Shown: piece by piece, positions 35,704 to 47,610 of the stretch
Layout: every line of letters begins with the position of its first letter
Numbering within the stretch: the stretch's first letter is position 1
Origin: Octopus bimaculoides
Taxonomy: Eukaryota
DNA length: 64,000 nt
Direction of reading: 5' to 3'
NCBI RefSeq assembly: GCF_001194135.2
Contig: NC_068982.1
Location: 186,528,289 to 186,592,288 of the forward strand
Program-made: the position numbers and the translations under genes
The notes under the pieces: generated by a model
The model's database searches: none
What the model saw: only the letters and a program-made list of their open reading frames with translations
Told to the model about the DNA's origin: nothing

Positions 35704-36721
35704 CCCATAATCTAATTTTGTCCTTGACAAAATTAGATTATAGGACGTCTGTCTTTGCATATAGAACCCAGATACTTTCTTTTTTGAAAAAGCTGCACTT
35801 AGCAACTTCAAAGCCTGCAAATTCCTCACCTCTTAGAGGTGAGAATAATTATTAAATGATGGGCAGATTTTGGTCACCTGAACAGTAAGGTTATAATTCT
35901 TGTTCTGTTAAACATCAACTTAACTGGTTTTTAATATTTACAAGGAAAAGGTTGGCAGAGACTTTGATGTTTTGGCTTCCATCATTGTCTGCTGAAGGTA
36001 AGCAACCCAAAACTTCAAAGTCACTGTCAACCTTTTTCTTGTAAAGTTAATAAATATCATCATCCTCATCATCATCGTTATAATAATAATGCAGGGTTAG
36101 CCAAAAGTCACCTGGCAGTAAATCAAAACCATTTAATTTCAAGATTAAAACAAAATATCCACCCCTGCTATGTCAGCCCCCCACCCCACTGGCACCTGCA
36201 CCGGTGGCACATAAAAAGCACCATCCGAACATGGCCGATGCCAGTGTCGCCTGACTGCCTCCTGTGCCGGTGGCATGTAAAAAGAACCCACTACACTCTC
36301 GAGAGTATAGTGGGTTCTTTTTACATTAGGAAGGCCATCCAGCTGTAGAAACTTTGCCAGATGAGATTGGAGCCTGGCGCAGCCTCCTGGCTTGCCAGTC
36401 CCCAGTCAAACTGTCCAACCCATGCCAGCATGGAAAGCGGACGTTAAATGATGATGATGATGATGGTGAGACTTCACTGATAAATGGACAAATGTTGAAA
36501 AAAAAATGTGATTTAAAACTCACTGCATTCAATTATTAAACATTCATAACTGGAGTGAATGAATAAAATTGAATATTTAAGTATTTATGGAATTTTGATT
36601 TGCTGTTGGGTGACTTTTGGCTAACCCTGTATGATACAGGATGTTCATAAATTACATTTACAATCTGAGAAATGAAAAATGAGAATACCTGAGCAGAGTT
36701 TATTGGAAAACATAGGCACAG

Positions 36722-37052
36722 ACACAGGCCTGGCTCTGTGGTAAGTAGCTTGCTTCCCAACCGCATGGTTCTGGGTTCAGTCCCACTGCGTAGTACTGTG
36801 GGCAAGTGTCTTCTACTATAGTCTTGGGCCAACCAAAGCCTTGTGAGTGGATTTGGTAGACGGAAACTGAAAGAAGCTTGTCATGTATCTGTGTTTGTTC
36901 CCCCACTATCACTTGACAACCGATGCTGGTGTGTTTACGCCCCTGTATCTTAGCGGTTCAGCAAAAGGCACCAATAGAATAAGTACTAAAGGTGGTGCTC
37001 CAGCATGGCCACAGTCAAATGACTGAAACAAGTAAAAGAATAAAAGAATAAA
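36722..37052 (+). mobile_element. SINE family A
   Basis: Collinear, with a small internal deletion. Confidence 0.85.
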
Positions 37053-37261
37053 CGAAAAAAGCTTATTAGAAACATCAGAACAATTCCACGGGGACGCCAT
37101 TGGTTGCACACAATAAATACAGAGAATAATAAGCTATGGAAGTTGTAAAGATAATTTGTGGACAGCCACAAATGTATTTATCATCACCACATTCATAAGC
37201 AAGGAGCAGGAAGCGGACCAAGAAATTCAAATGAAATCCCACTACGACCACAGCTCCATTT

Positions 37262-37610
37262 ATCTTTTATCTTTTACTTGTTTCAGTCATTTGACTGCGA
37301 CCATGCTGGGGCACTGCCTCGAGGAATTTTATTCAAATGAATTTACCCCAGTACTTTGTTTTAAGCCTGGTGCTTATTCTATCAGTTACAGGGATGTAAA
37401 CATACCAATACCGGTTGTCAAGTGATGGTGGGAGACAAAGACACACACATATATACAGTAGGCTTCTTTCAGTTTCCATCTACCTCATCCACTCACAACA
37501 CTTTAGTCGGCCTGACACTGTAGCAGAAGACACTTGCCCAGGGTGCCATGCAGTGGGACTGAACCCCAAACCATGTGGTTGGGATGCAAGCTCCTTACAT
37601 CACAGCCACA
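37262..37610 (-). mobile_element. SINE family A
   Basis: Collinear with the family consensus. Confidence 0.8.
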
Positions 37611-38000
37611 TCTACTCCAAAATAATTATTATCTGAAAATTTAATTTTGTATTTTTTCACAAATTAGATGGTAGATGGTGGATCTATTTCAATAATTGGG
37701 AATTCCCACTGTTGAAATCCTAGATACACCTATGTGTGTGTGTGTGTGTATGATGGAGTATCATTTTTAATTAAATAAGTTTTATTATACTAAGGTTTAA
37801 TTATGCATATAAATATATGAGATGCATAGTAGGGGATAAGCTCCCCACTGTAATGGGGTCCCTAGTCAGGGGCCTCATTACACTAACAGCTTATCTGCTT
37901 CTGTGCCTCTTGTATCTATTTCACTGCACTTAAAGTTGGGTTCTACCAACAATGCCTTTGTTTTTATTGGCAGAATGACCATCCTAAGACACACTCACTT

Positions 38001-38031
<31 letters not shown>

Positions 38032-38348
38032 NNNNNNNNNNNNNNNNNNNNNNNNNNNNNNNNNNNNNNNNNNNNNNNNNNNNNNNNNNNNNNNNNNNNN
38101 NNNNNNNNNNNNNNNNNNNNNNNNNNNNNNNNNNNNNNNNNNNTATATATATGGTTGTTATATTTGTTTGATAACATGATAGGTGAGGTAGAATGATGTC
38201 AATATTACAATAACCAGTAATATGTTGTGTGTCTATAGTCATATTACGATCATAAAATTAGCATTAGCTTATTTCACTCTTTCACACAGAACCCTAGGGT
38301 TCCAGGGAACCCTGGTTGAGAAACGCTGCTCTAAGATATAGAGCAATA

Positions 38349-38574
38349 TATATTAAAAATGGGGAAGGCCAGTTTATGGGATTACCTTAGCTTTCCTGTC
38401 CATAAAGGCTTTAGCTTTATGGTGTATCGTCAGATCCTAAAATCTGTTGGCCCAAGACCTCTTCAGAATATGCCAACAGGTTTTGGGATCTGACGATACT
38501 CCATTCACCTAAACCTTTTATAGATGGGGAAGTTAAAGTAATCCCATAAATCAGCCTTCCCCATTTTTAATATA
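38349..38574. repeat. Fold-back element (about 100-bp arms, 20-nt loop); partial second copy at 18052-18165
   Basis: TATATTAAAAATGGGGAAGGC...CTGTTGGC / GCCAACAG...GCCTTCCCCATTTTTAATATA. Confidence 0.85.
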
Positions 38575-39014
38575 AATAGGAAATTTGTGTTACGTGCTCT
38601 CAGACATTTTGCTTTGAATACTTTATACTTTATTCTATGCTCTTTTGAACTTTTGAACCTGTCACCTTTGTGTATATTGTGTGTGTGTGTGTGTGTGCGT
38701 AATTATTGTTATTATGATATTGGCCTTGTGCCAAAATTTGAAGCCATTATTATTATTATTATTATTATTATTATCAAAGTGGCAGACTGCCAGCAACATT
38801 ACCATACTAGACAATATATTTAGCAACGTTTCATCCAACTTGATGTTCTGAGTTCATATTCTCCTAAGGCTGGCTTTGTCTTTCATCCTTTTGGCATTGT
38901 TAAATTAAGTACCAGTTGCGTACTGGAGTCAATGAGATCAACCAGTCTCCTCCCCAAAAATTTCAGGCCTTGTGCCAATAGTAGAAAGGATTATTATTAT
39001 TATTATTATTATTA

Positions 39015-39433
39015 CTAACTTTTAAAGGAAAAAAGTGACAATGACCTTAACCAGTTGAGCATGTCCCTTGGTGACTGACGATATGTGCATCTCTGATCAG
39101 GAGCAGAAGTAGAGGGGGGAGCATCATAGCCATGTGTTGAGAGGAATTCTTTGGGGTTTGAATAATTCACCTCTGGAAACATGGGTGTTTCGTTCAACTT
39201 CCTTAAACAACCCTTATTCAGGGACCTGTTGAATGGGATGGGTTACTTAATCTGAAGAAAATTCCAACTGGGCCCCACATGCAAGGTCATGTGCTGTTTA
39301 TCTTGATATGAGATTACCATGTTGCACACATATGCTTGTGGTGCATGTGCCTGGTGTACCTTTATCGGACGGGTGGTCATGATGGATATACTGGGCTTCG
39401 TATATTTGTACCCCAGTGTCAATTTGATGACTC
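39015..39433. mobile_element. Second copy of the ~550-bp element (shorter, inverted)
   Basis: Reverse complement is collinear with about 33894-34300 and is flanked by (TTA)n/(TAA)n. Confidence 0.75.
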
Positions 39434-40519
39434 AATAATAATAATAATGTTATACACCACTGGTCACAATGTGCTTTGCATCTTTTTTTTTTCTAGCTTT
39501 CAAATGATGCCACTCAGCTAACTAAGCGAACAGGCTGACATTCACCCCTAATTGGAAGGCTTTTTTGTCACAGGGTGACCCATTTACAGCTGAGTGGACT
39601 GGAGCAACATAAAATGAAGTGTTTTGCTCAAGAACACAGCATGTGTCCAGTCTGGGAATTGAAACCACAATTTCACAACCATGAGTACAATTTGCCTGAC
39701 CACTAGGCCATGTACCTTCACACACACACACACACACACAGTCCTCTGGAAGGATATGAATGTCAAAACTGCAATGTCCTTTTGTCTTCCCTGTAATACT
39801 CATCCACTGATTGTGTCTGCTTCAACGTAGATTCAGATTATATACAAGAGTGATAGTTAAGATGCGTAATTTCATGCTTTGGCAATTTCTTGGTGTATAA
39901 TTTCCACCTTTAGTGAAGTAGATACTCAGGATGATTCCTGTGTTGTAATTTGAAACCATAATGTAGAAACATTTGAGAAGATTTTTGTATGTAATCAGGG
40001 ACACTTGTGACCTTGTTGAGAGCCAGTGTTGCAGACGACACATCTGAAGAGACAGATCTAACACTCAGCTGGCCGTGATAACAAGGGTTCCAGTTGATGT
40101 AATTAACTAAACAGACTGCTTGTGAAATTAACGTGCAATCGGCTGAGTACTCCACAGACATGCTTGCCCTTAAGAGAGATTAAGCATGACACAGATTGTG
40201 ACAAGGTTGGCCCTTTGAATTACAGGTACTACTCATTTTTGCCAGCTGAGTAGACTGAAGCATTGTGGAATAAAGTGTCTTGCTCAAGGACACAATACTC
40301 TGCCAGGAATGGAACTCACCACCTTACAATTATGAGCCAAATACACTAACCATTAAGCCAAAAGCCTTCTGAAGAGATGTGAATGGCATTGAAGCAGATG
40401 AGGATGACAATTGAATGAAAAGGGTAAAGAGAGAAGAAAGTAAGAAGGAGAAAGCATCTTGGTATGTTCTTCCTGTGCTCTGCGGGCCCCTGGTGGTCCA
40501 CAGAAGTAGTTCTGGCGGT

Positions 40520-41537
40520 CTGTGTGTGTTTTATATTTGCTAGGATGGTGTGTGATTGGTAATTGTCAGGGTGTTGTGTGTGTGTATGTGTTTGTTTGTT
40601 AGTGCGTCTGTGTGTGTACGTGTGTATATTTGTGTGTTTTGTGTTGGTGGGGATGTTGTGTGTGTACGTGAGTGTGTGTGTGTCTGTGTCTGTGTCTAAG
40701 AATGTTTGTGTTGTTATAATTGTCTTTGTGGTGTGTGTGAGAGTGCATATGTATGTGTGTGTGTGTGAGTGTGTTGTATTTGTCAGGGGTTCTGTGTGTG
40801 TCCGTGTGTGTTGGGTTTATCTGGGTGGTGTGTATGTATGTGCGTGTACGTTCTGTGCATGTTGGTACTGAGTATGCGTTTGTGTGTCCGTGTGTATATA
40901 TGTGGGTATGGTTTATGTAGTTTCTGTGTGTGTGTGAGTGATTTGTTTTGTTTGCAGTGTGTGTGTGTATACGTTTGGGTGCGTTTGTGTGAGTGTGTCT
41001 ATGTGTCTTGTATTTGTCAGGAAGGTGTTTGTCCTTGTGTGTGTGCATGCTTGTGTGTATGTCTGTGTGTTTGTGAGCGTTTGTTGTGATTGTTGGGATT
41101 CTATTGTGTGTATATGTGTGTGTTTTTCCTTTTGAGTGTGTGTGTATGATTTTTTACTGGGGAACGGACATATTGTGTTTGTGTGTGTGTGTGTGTGTAC
41201 ATGTGTGCATATATGAGTGTGGGTTGTGTTGTATTTGCGTGTTTGTGTGTGTATCTGTGTGGGTGTGTTTGTGTGATTTGTAATTGTCAAGGTGGTGTGT
41301 GTAGGTGTGTGCATGTACATGTTTACGTATGTGTGTGTAAGGGTTGGTTATGGTTGCTAGAATTGTATTGCAAGTGTATATATGTATGTTTTTTTTGGAA
41401 TGTGTGTGGGTTTGTGCTCTAGTGTGGGGATATTGTGTGTTTGCATGGGAGGTTTGCATTGTATTTGTGTGTGTGTGTGTGTGTGTGTGATTTTGTACAT
41501 CTGTATGTGTTTCTGTGTGTTTGTTGTGGGTGTGTAC
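40520..41537. repeat. Degenerate TG-rich satellite running into a gap
   Basis: About 1 kb of interrupted (TG)n. Confidence 0.9.
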
Positions 41538-42333
41538 NNNNNNNNNNNNNNNNNNNNNNNNNNNNNNNNNNNNNNNNNNNNNNNNNNNNNNNNNNNNNNN
41601 NNNNNNNNNNNNNNNNNNNNNNNNNNNNNNNNNNNNNNNNNNNNNNNNNNNNNNNNNNNNNNNNNNNNNNNNNNNNNNNNNNNNNNNNNNNNNNNNNNNN
41701 NNNNNNNNNNNNNNNNNNNNNNNNNNNNNNNNNNNNNNNNNNNNNNNNNNNNNNNNNNNNNNNNNNNNNNNNNNNNNNNNNNNNNNNNNNNNNNNNNNNN
41801 NNNNNNNNNNNNNNNNNNNNNNNNNNNNNNNNNNNNNNNNNNNNNNNNNNNNNNNNNNNNNNNNNNNNNNNNNNNNNNNNNNNNNNNNNNNNNNNNNNNN
41901 NNNNNNNNNNNNNNNNNNNNNNNNNNNNNNNNNNNNNNNNNNNNNNNNNNNNNNNNNNNNNNNNNNNNNNNNNNNNNNNNNNNNNNNNNNNNNNNNNNNN
42001 NNNNNNNNNNNNNNNNNNNNNNNNNNNNNNNNAAACAAACATGATTTTTATTGAACTCATAATACTTTTTGTTGAATACTTTCTTAAATACTTTCTTGTC
42101 AACTGTTTTTAACATTTTCTTATTATTATCAAAGAATGTATAACTGTACTTTAATCCCTTTGTGACAACCAGTACTTAACACAACAAAGCTTATACAAAG
42201 CTTTACATTTTACTTTTGACAATCTAAAAAAGTGAAACCGGTCAAGTGAATAAACATCTTTAAAATTGCATTTTCAAACCTTCTTTCATATATATTTCCA
42301 CTCAAGCTGTACCTTACAACTTTACTTTGTTTT

Positions 42334-42553
42334 ATATTTGCATCTGTAAACAACAGGAGCAGCTTCAATCATCAGGAAGTACTTCCTGTGATATTGCACG
42401 TGCAGGCCGACGATCAGATGCAACGACGTTGCTAATTGGCTGAGGAGTTGTTAAGCAATATGTTTGTAAAGGATAAGCATATTAAAAGGGGTCCGCGGGA
42501 AAACTCATTTAAATAAAAGGAGTCCTTGGTAGTGAAAAGGTTGGGAACCACTG
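42334..42553. mobile_element. hAT-like terminal fragment
   Basis: Ends AAAAGGTTGGGAACCACTG (reverse complement CAGTGGTTCCCAACC, typical of hAT MITE termini). No matching left end or TSD found. A similar end GGTTGAGAAACGCTG lies at about 38314-38328. Confidence 0.5.
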
Positions 42554-43719
42554 CTCTACTAAAAAGTTACAACTGCAAATATATATCATGACTGGGGTCA
42601 ATTTGTTCGACTAAAGGTGGTGCTCCAGCATGGCCGCAGTCAAATGACTGAAAAAAGTAAAAGGTAAAAACTTGCTATTTTATANNNNNNNNNNNNNNNN
42701 NNNNNNNNNNNNNNNNNNNNNNNNNNNNNNNNNNNNNNNNNNNNNNNNNNNNNNNNNNNNNNNNNNNNNNNNNNNNNNNNNNNNNNNNNNNNNNNNNNNN
42801 NNNNNNNNNNNNNNNNNNNNNNNNNNNNNNNNNNNNNNNNNNNNNNNNNNNNNNNNNNNNNNNNNNNNNNNNNNNNNNNNNNNNNNNNNNNNNNNNNNNN
42901 NNNNNNNNNNNNNNNNNNNNNNNNNNNNNNNNNNNNNNNNNNNNNNNNNNNNNNNNNNNNNNNNNNNNNNNNNNNNNNNNNNNNNNNNNNNNNNNNNNNN
43001 NNNNNNNNNNNNNNNNNNNNNNNNNNNNNNNNNNNNNNNNNNNNNNNNNNNNNNNNNNNNNNNNNNNNNNNNNNNNNNNNNNNNNNNNNNNNNNNNNNNN
43101 NNNNNNNNNNNNNNNNNNNNNNNNNNNNNNNNNNNNNNNNNNNNNNNNNNNNNNNNNNNNNNNNNNNNNNNNNNNNNNNNNNNNNNNNNNNNNNNNNNNN
43201 NNNNNNNNNNNNNNNNNNNNNNNNNNNNNNNNNNNNNNNNNNGATGATTGAAGCTGCTCCTGTTGTTTACAGATGCAAATATTGTGAGGAGTTCCTCTGC
43301 ATTGGACTGGCACCACAAGCGCCAGTATTGGCAATAAAATAAAATTTTTAAAAAAAACAAGTTGTTAGGACAATGTTGCTCTCTGTTTGGTATTTTATTT
43401 CAATATGGAAGACAGAAAAGACATTTTAGTGACACAGAAACAGCATTAGGTGGGAAATCATTTATTTTGGGTCTTTTATCCAGGGAATCTGGGGGGGGGG
43501 GGAATGCCAAGGACAACGGGTCTCTGGAGTTCAAAGTGAAACTGCATCAAAATCTGTACCTGTCATGAATCTACCTTCTGTGCCGTGCTGTTAACCATTT
43601 CTACCTGTGCAGCACAGGCCCCAATTACCAAGCAAGTGACAAGATGTTGGCAAGTTGATATTTTAACGAGGTTTCAATCTCTGGTTGGAGCAATTTACAA
43701 AGATTTCACTACTGCCATT

Positions 43720-44056
43720 CTTTACTCTTTTACTTGTTTCAGTCATTTGACTGTGGCCATGCTGGAGCACCGCCTTTAGTCGAGCAAATCAACCCCAGGA
43801 CTTATTCTTTGTAAGCCTAGTACTTATTATATCAGTCTCTTTTGCCGAACTGCTAAGTTACGGGGACATAAACACACCAGCATCGGTTGTCAAGCGACAT
43901 TGGGGGACAAATACAGACACACACACACATATATATATATACATATATACGACAGGCTTCTTTCAGTTTCCATCCACCAAATTCACTCACAAGGATTGAA
44001 CCTGGAACCATGTGGTTGGGAAGCAAGCTTCTTACTACACAGCCACACCTGTGCCT
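43720..44056 (-). mobile_element. SINE family A
   Basis: Collinear, with an internal deletion. Confidence 0.85.
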
Positions 44057-44329
44057 AAATTCAAACACACATCACTAGTGCCCTTTTTGGGGGCCATATA
44101 CTAAAAGCATCAATATTACCCTTGGCTGAGGCAATATAGTAAAAGCATTACAAGTGCCTGTTGTGGGGGCTGTATACAGGGAACTCTGTTCATTACTTCC
44201 TACTTACAAAAGACGGGTGTGTCTGCAAAAGATGGCAGTCTTAATAGATTAGAAATAGTTTTTAGCTTCTCAACTCCCTCATTTCTACTCATGTTACAGC
44301 TTTTGTTTTTCACTTGTGACATCAACCAT

Positions 44330-44743
44330 TGCAAGCTGGTAGAGCCATTAGCACGTTGGGCAAAGCACTTAGCAGCATTCTGTCTGTCTTTATGTTCTGA
44401 GTTCAAATTCTACCTAGGTCGACTTTGCCTTTCGTTCTTTCAGGGTCGATAAATTAAGTACCACTGATGTCAATGTAATAGACTAGCCCCTCCACTCAAA
44501 ACTGCAGGCTTTGTACCTATAGCTGGAAGTATTATTATTATTGGCAGAATTGTTAGCACACTGGATGAAATGCTTAGTGGTATTTCACCCATCACTATGT
44601 TCTGAGTTCAAATTCCGCTGAGGTCAACTTTACCTTTCATCCTTTCAGGGTCAATAAATCAAGTACCAGTTGAGTAATGGGGTCGATGTAATCAACTATC
44701 CCCCACCCCAACAATTTCAAGCCTTATGCCTATTATAGAAAGG

Positions 44744-44775
<32 letters not shown>
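44330..44775 (+). mobile_element. Two tandem copies of SINE family C (core CCTTTCATCCTTTCGGGGTCGATAAATTAAGTACCAG; MetaSINE-like by recollection), (TAT)n tail
   Basis: Both copies carry GAGTTCAAATTC (B-box-like) and the core. Other copies at about 1420-1540(+), 4300-4450(+), 9950-10140(-), 16395-16500(-), 21770-21965(-), 30130-30285(-), 31550-31740(+), 38780-39013(+), 45655-45830(+), 55900-56070(-). Confidence 0.75.
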
Positions 44776-44777
<2 letters not shown>

Positions 44778-44778
<1 letters not shown>

Positions 44779-45644
44779 CAGGTCATCCCATAAGTTCTGT
44801 CCGATTTTACCTTTTATAAAATTGAATGAAATTTAATAGTATTTTAGAATGTCTAATGGAATTTAAAATTAATTTTTATGCATTTGTATACATTTAAACT
44901 AATTAAATATCATTTTACAGAATAATAGAATTAAAAATTATTCGATTAAAATCCTTTCTAACATGGAAGTATCCNNNNNNNNNNNNNNNNNNNNNNNNNN
45001 NNNNNNNNNNNNNNNNNNNNNNNNNNNNNNNNNNNNNNNNNNNNNNNNNNNNNNNNNNNNNNNNNNNNNNNNNNNNNNNNNNNNNNNNNNNNNNNNNNNN
45101 NNNNNNNNNNNNNNNNNNNNNNNNNNNNNNNNNNNNNNNNNNNNNNNNNNNNNNNNNNNNNNNNNNNNNNNNNNNNNNNNNNNNNNNNNNNNNNNNNNNN
45201 NNNNNNNNNNNNNNNNNNNNNNNNNNNNNNNNNNNNNNNNNNNNNNNNNNNNNNNNNNNNNNNNNNNNNNNNNNNNNNNNNNNNNNNNNNNNNNNNNGAT
45301 CACATCACATAAGATTGAAGAGCTTGGTTGGGAAAAAAATTCCTCATCCACCTTATTCTCCCAATCTTGCCCCTTCAGACTACCATTTGTTTCGGAGTTT
45401 ACAGAATCATTTGCGAGACATAACTTTCGCAAGCCATGAGGAGGTCGAAACTGACATTTCAGAGTTCTTCGTTTTGAAACCAAAAGAGTTTTACATTGAT
45501 GGGATTAAAAAGCTTGTAAATAGATGGAAGGAAGTCATAGAAAATCAGGGAAAATACATTGATGATTAAATTTCAATTAAATATAACATTTCATCACTTG
45601 TTTTCTTTATTCAAAATTCGGACAGAACTTATAGGATGACCTGA
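44778..45644 (+). mobile_element. Mariner (DD34D) DNA transposon with both TIRs, interior gapped
   Basis: Left TIR TCAGGTCATCCCATAAGTTCTGTCCGA (44778-) and right TIR (-45644) differ at 1 of 27 nt. TA target duplication at 44776-77 and 45645-46. Inserted in the (TAT)n tail of a SINE. Confidence 0.92.
44963..45569 (+). pseudogene. Mariner transposase, frameshifted
   Basis: Start MEVS at 44963. C-terminus ...GWEK/IPHPPYSPNLAPSDYHLFRSLQNHL...GIKKLVNRWKEVIENQGKYIDD* matches the mariner YSPDLAPSDY motif. The A7 run at 45333-45339 gives a +1 frameshift. N gap 44975-45297. Confidence 0.9.
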
Positions 45645-46121
45645 TATTATTATTATTGAAATGCTGCTGAACAAAATGCTTTCCTTCTGGTTCTTGAGAT
45701 TCTGAGTTCAAATTCTGCCACGGTCAAATTGCTTTTATCCTTTCAGAGGTGCTGGGGTCGATGTAACCAACAAGCACCCTCCTTCCCCTAAAACTGCTGG
45801 CCCAGTACCAAAATTTGAAAGAATTATTATGACAGTAGCAGCAGGGGGATTTAATTAATTTGTCAAAATCTTTCACCACACATCTGTAACCTTTGCAATG
45901 TTTTCTCTGTGTCTGACTTTTTCCTGGTTGTTTGGTGATTGCTTTTTGTTGTTGTTGCTGTCACACTTATGTATACATATGTGCGTATATGTGTTTGATG
46001 TTTTGATCCTGTGGTGAGTGTGTGTGTGTGTGTGTAATTGCTGAAGGACTCTGTGTGTTCTGCTCACTGCCATTATATATGAGTGCGTGCACATGTATGT
46101 GTGTAAATATTCTTATATTCT

Positions 46122-46495
46122 TATATTTGTTTCAGTCATTTGACTGCGACCATGCTGGAGCACCACTTTTAGTCAAGCAAATCAACCCCAGGACTTATTC
46201 TTTGTAAGCCTAGCACTTATTTTATCGGTCTCTCTTGCCAAACAGCTAATATACGGGGACGTAAACACCGGCATTAGTTGTCAAATGATATTGGGGGGAC
46301 AAATACATACATATATATATATATATATACACGACAGGTTTCTTTCAGTTTCTGTCTACCAAATCCACTCACAAGGCTTTGGTCGGCCCAAGCTTGTAGT
46401 AGAAGACACTTGCCCAAGGTGCCACACAGTGGGACTGAACCCGGAACTATGTGGTTGGTAAGCAAGCTACTTACCACACAGCCACTCCTTCACCT
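46122..46495 (-). mobile_element. SINE family A
   Basis: Collinear with the family consensus. Confidence 0.85.
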
Positions 46496-47084
46496 ATAAA
46501 CGTTATTTGTTTGTTTGTTTTGTCAACTGAGTAGATAACAAGTTTTGAATTTGTCTCTGTTGCCCATTTGTTTTCATGGTAGGTCACTTTCTATCTTGCT
46601 GTTTATCTGTGTGTGTGTGTGCGTGTGTGTGAGGGTGAGTGCATGCATGCTCACCAATCTGTCTATCCAGATACTTATATCTATGTGTATATATACATAT
46701 AATTACACACATACGCATGTATGTATAAGAACGTACATTTATACATAAATAAGAACGCTTATATACATTAAAATGCACACACACACACACACGCATGTAT
46801 GTACATGTGTGTATGTGTGTGGGGGGAGCAGAACAAACACGAGAAACAGAACCCAATACATAAGTATGTTACCGTTTATCTTTTGCTTGTTTCAGTCATT
46901 AGAGTGCGGCCATGCTGGGGCACCACCTTAAAGGGTTTAATTGAATAAATTAACCTCATTTTTTTTTTTAAGCTTAGTACTTATTTTGTCAGTCTGTTTT
47001 GTTGAGCCACTAGGTTACAGAGATGTAAACAAGCCAACACTGATTGTCAAGCAGTGGTAGGTGACAAACACAGACACACACATC

Positions 47085-47610
47085 ATTGTTTAACGTCCAC
47101 TTTCCATGCTGGCATGGGTTGGACAGTTTGACTGAGGTCTGGAAAGCCAGGAGGCTCCAATCTGATCTGGCAAGGTTTCTACAGCTGGATGCCCTTCTTA
47201 ATGCCAACCCCTCCGAGAGTGTAGTGGGTGCTTTTTATGTGCCACCAGCACGGGAGCAAGTCAAGCAGTACTGGCATGGACCGCACTTGTTATGGTGCCA
47301 CTGGCATGGGTGCCAGTCAGGTGGTACTGGCATTGGCCATGACAGCAATTTTACTTGACTGAATAGGTCTTCTCAAGCACAGCACATTGCCCAACAATCG
47401 AAGGGACCTCTTAAATGGGCCAGTTATGCGACACCGGCATAGGCCATAGCTACAATCTCACTTAGCTTTCCAGGTCTTCTCAAGCACAGCATATCTCCAA
47501 AGGTCTTGGTTGCTTGTCATTGTCTCAGTGAGGCACTACGTTCGAAGGTCATGCTTCATTACCTCATCCCAGGTTTTCCTGGGTCTTCCTCTTCCATACA
47601 TGATGACGAC
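47085..47610 (-). mobile_element. RTE LINE 5'-truncated 3' end, longest copy
   Basis: Minus translation GRGRPRKTWDEVMKHDLRT*CLTETMTSNQDLWRYAVLEKT is the RTE ORF C-terminus. 3'UTR AGGGCATCCAGCTGTAGAAAC...CCATGCCAGCATGGAAAGTGGACGTTAAAC(GAT)n. Confidence 0.85.

Noticed and set aside
43243-43340. Frame MIEAAPVVYRCKYCEEFLC as a piggyBac Cys-rich domain or as ankyrin exon 3 (LKLLLLFTDAN)
   Set aside because: Very short, ends in stops, and the first 40 bp are an inverted copy of non-coding sequence at 42334.
44208-44222. 15-nt minus-strand microexon (ttttgcag|...|GTAAGT)
   Set aside because: Phase-compatible with the speculative minus exons but unsupported; chance occurrence is likely.
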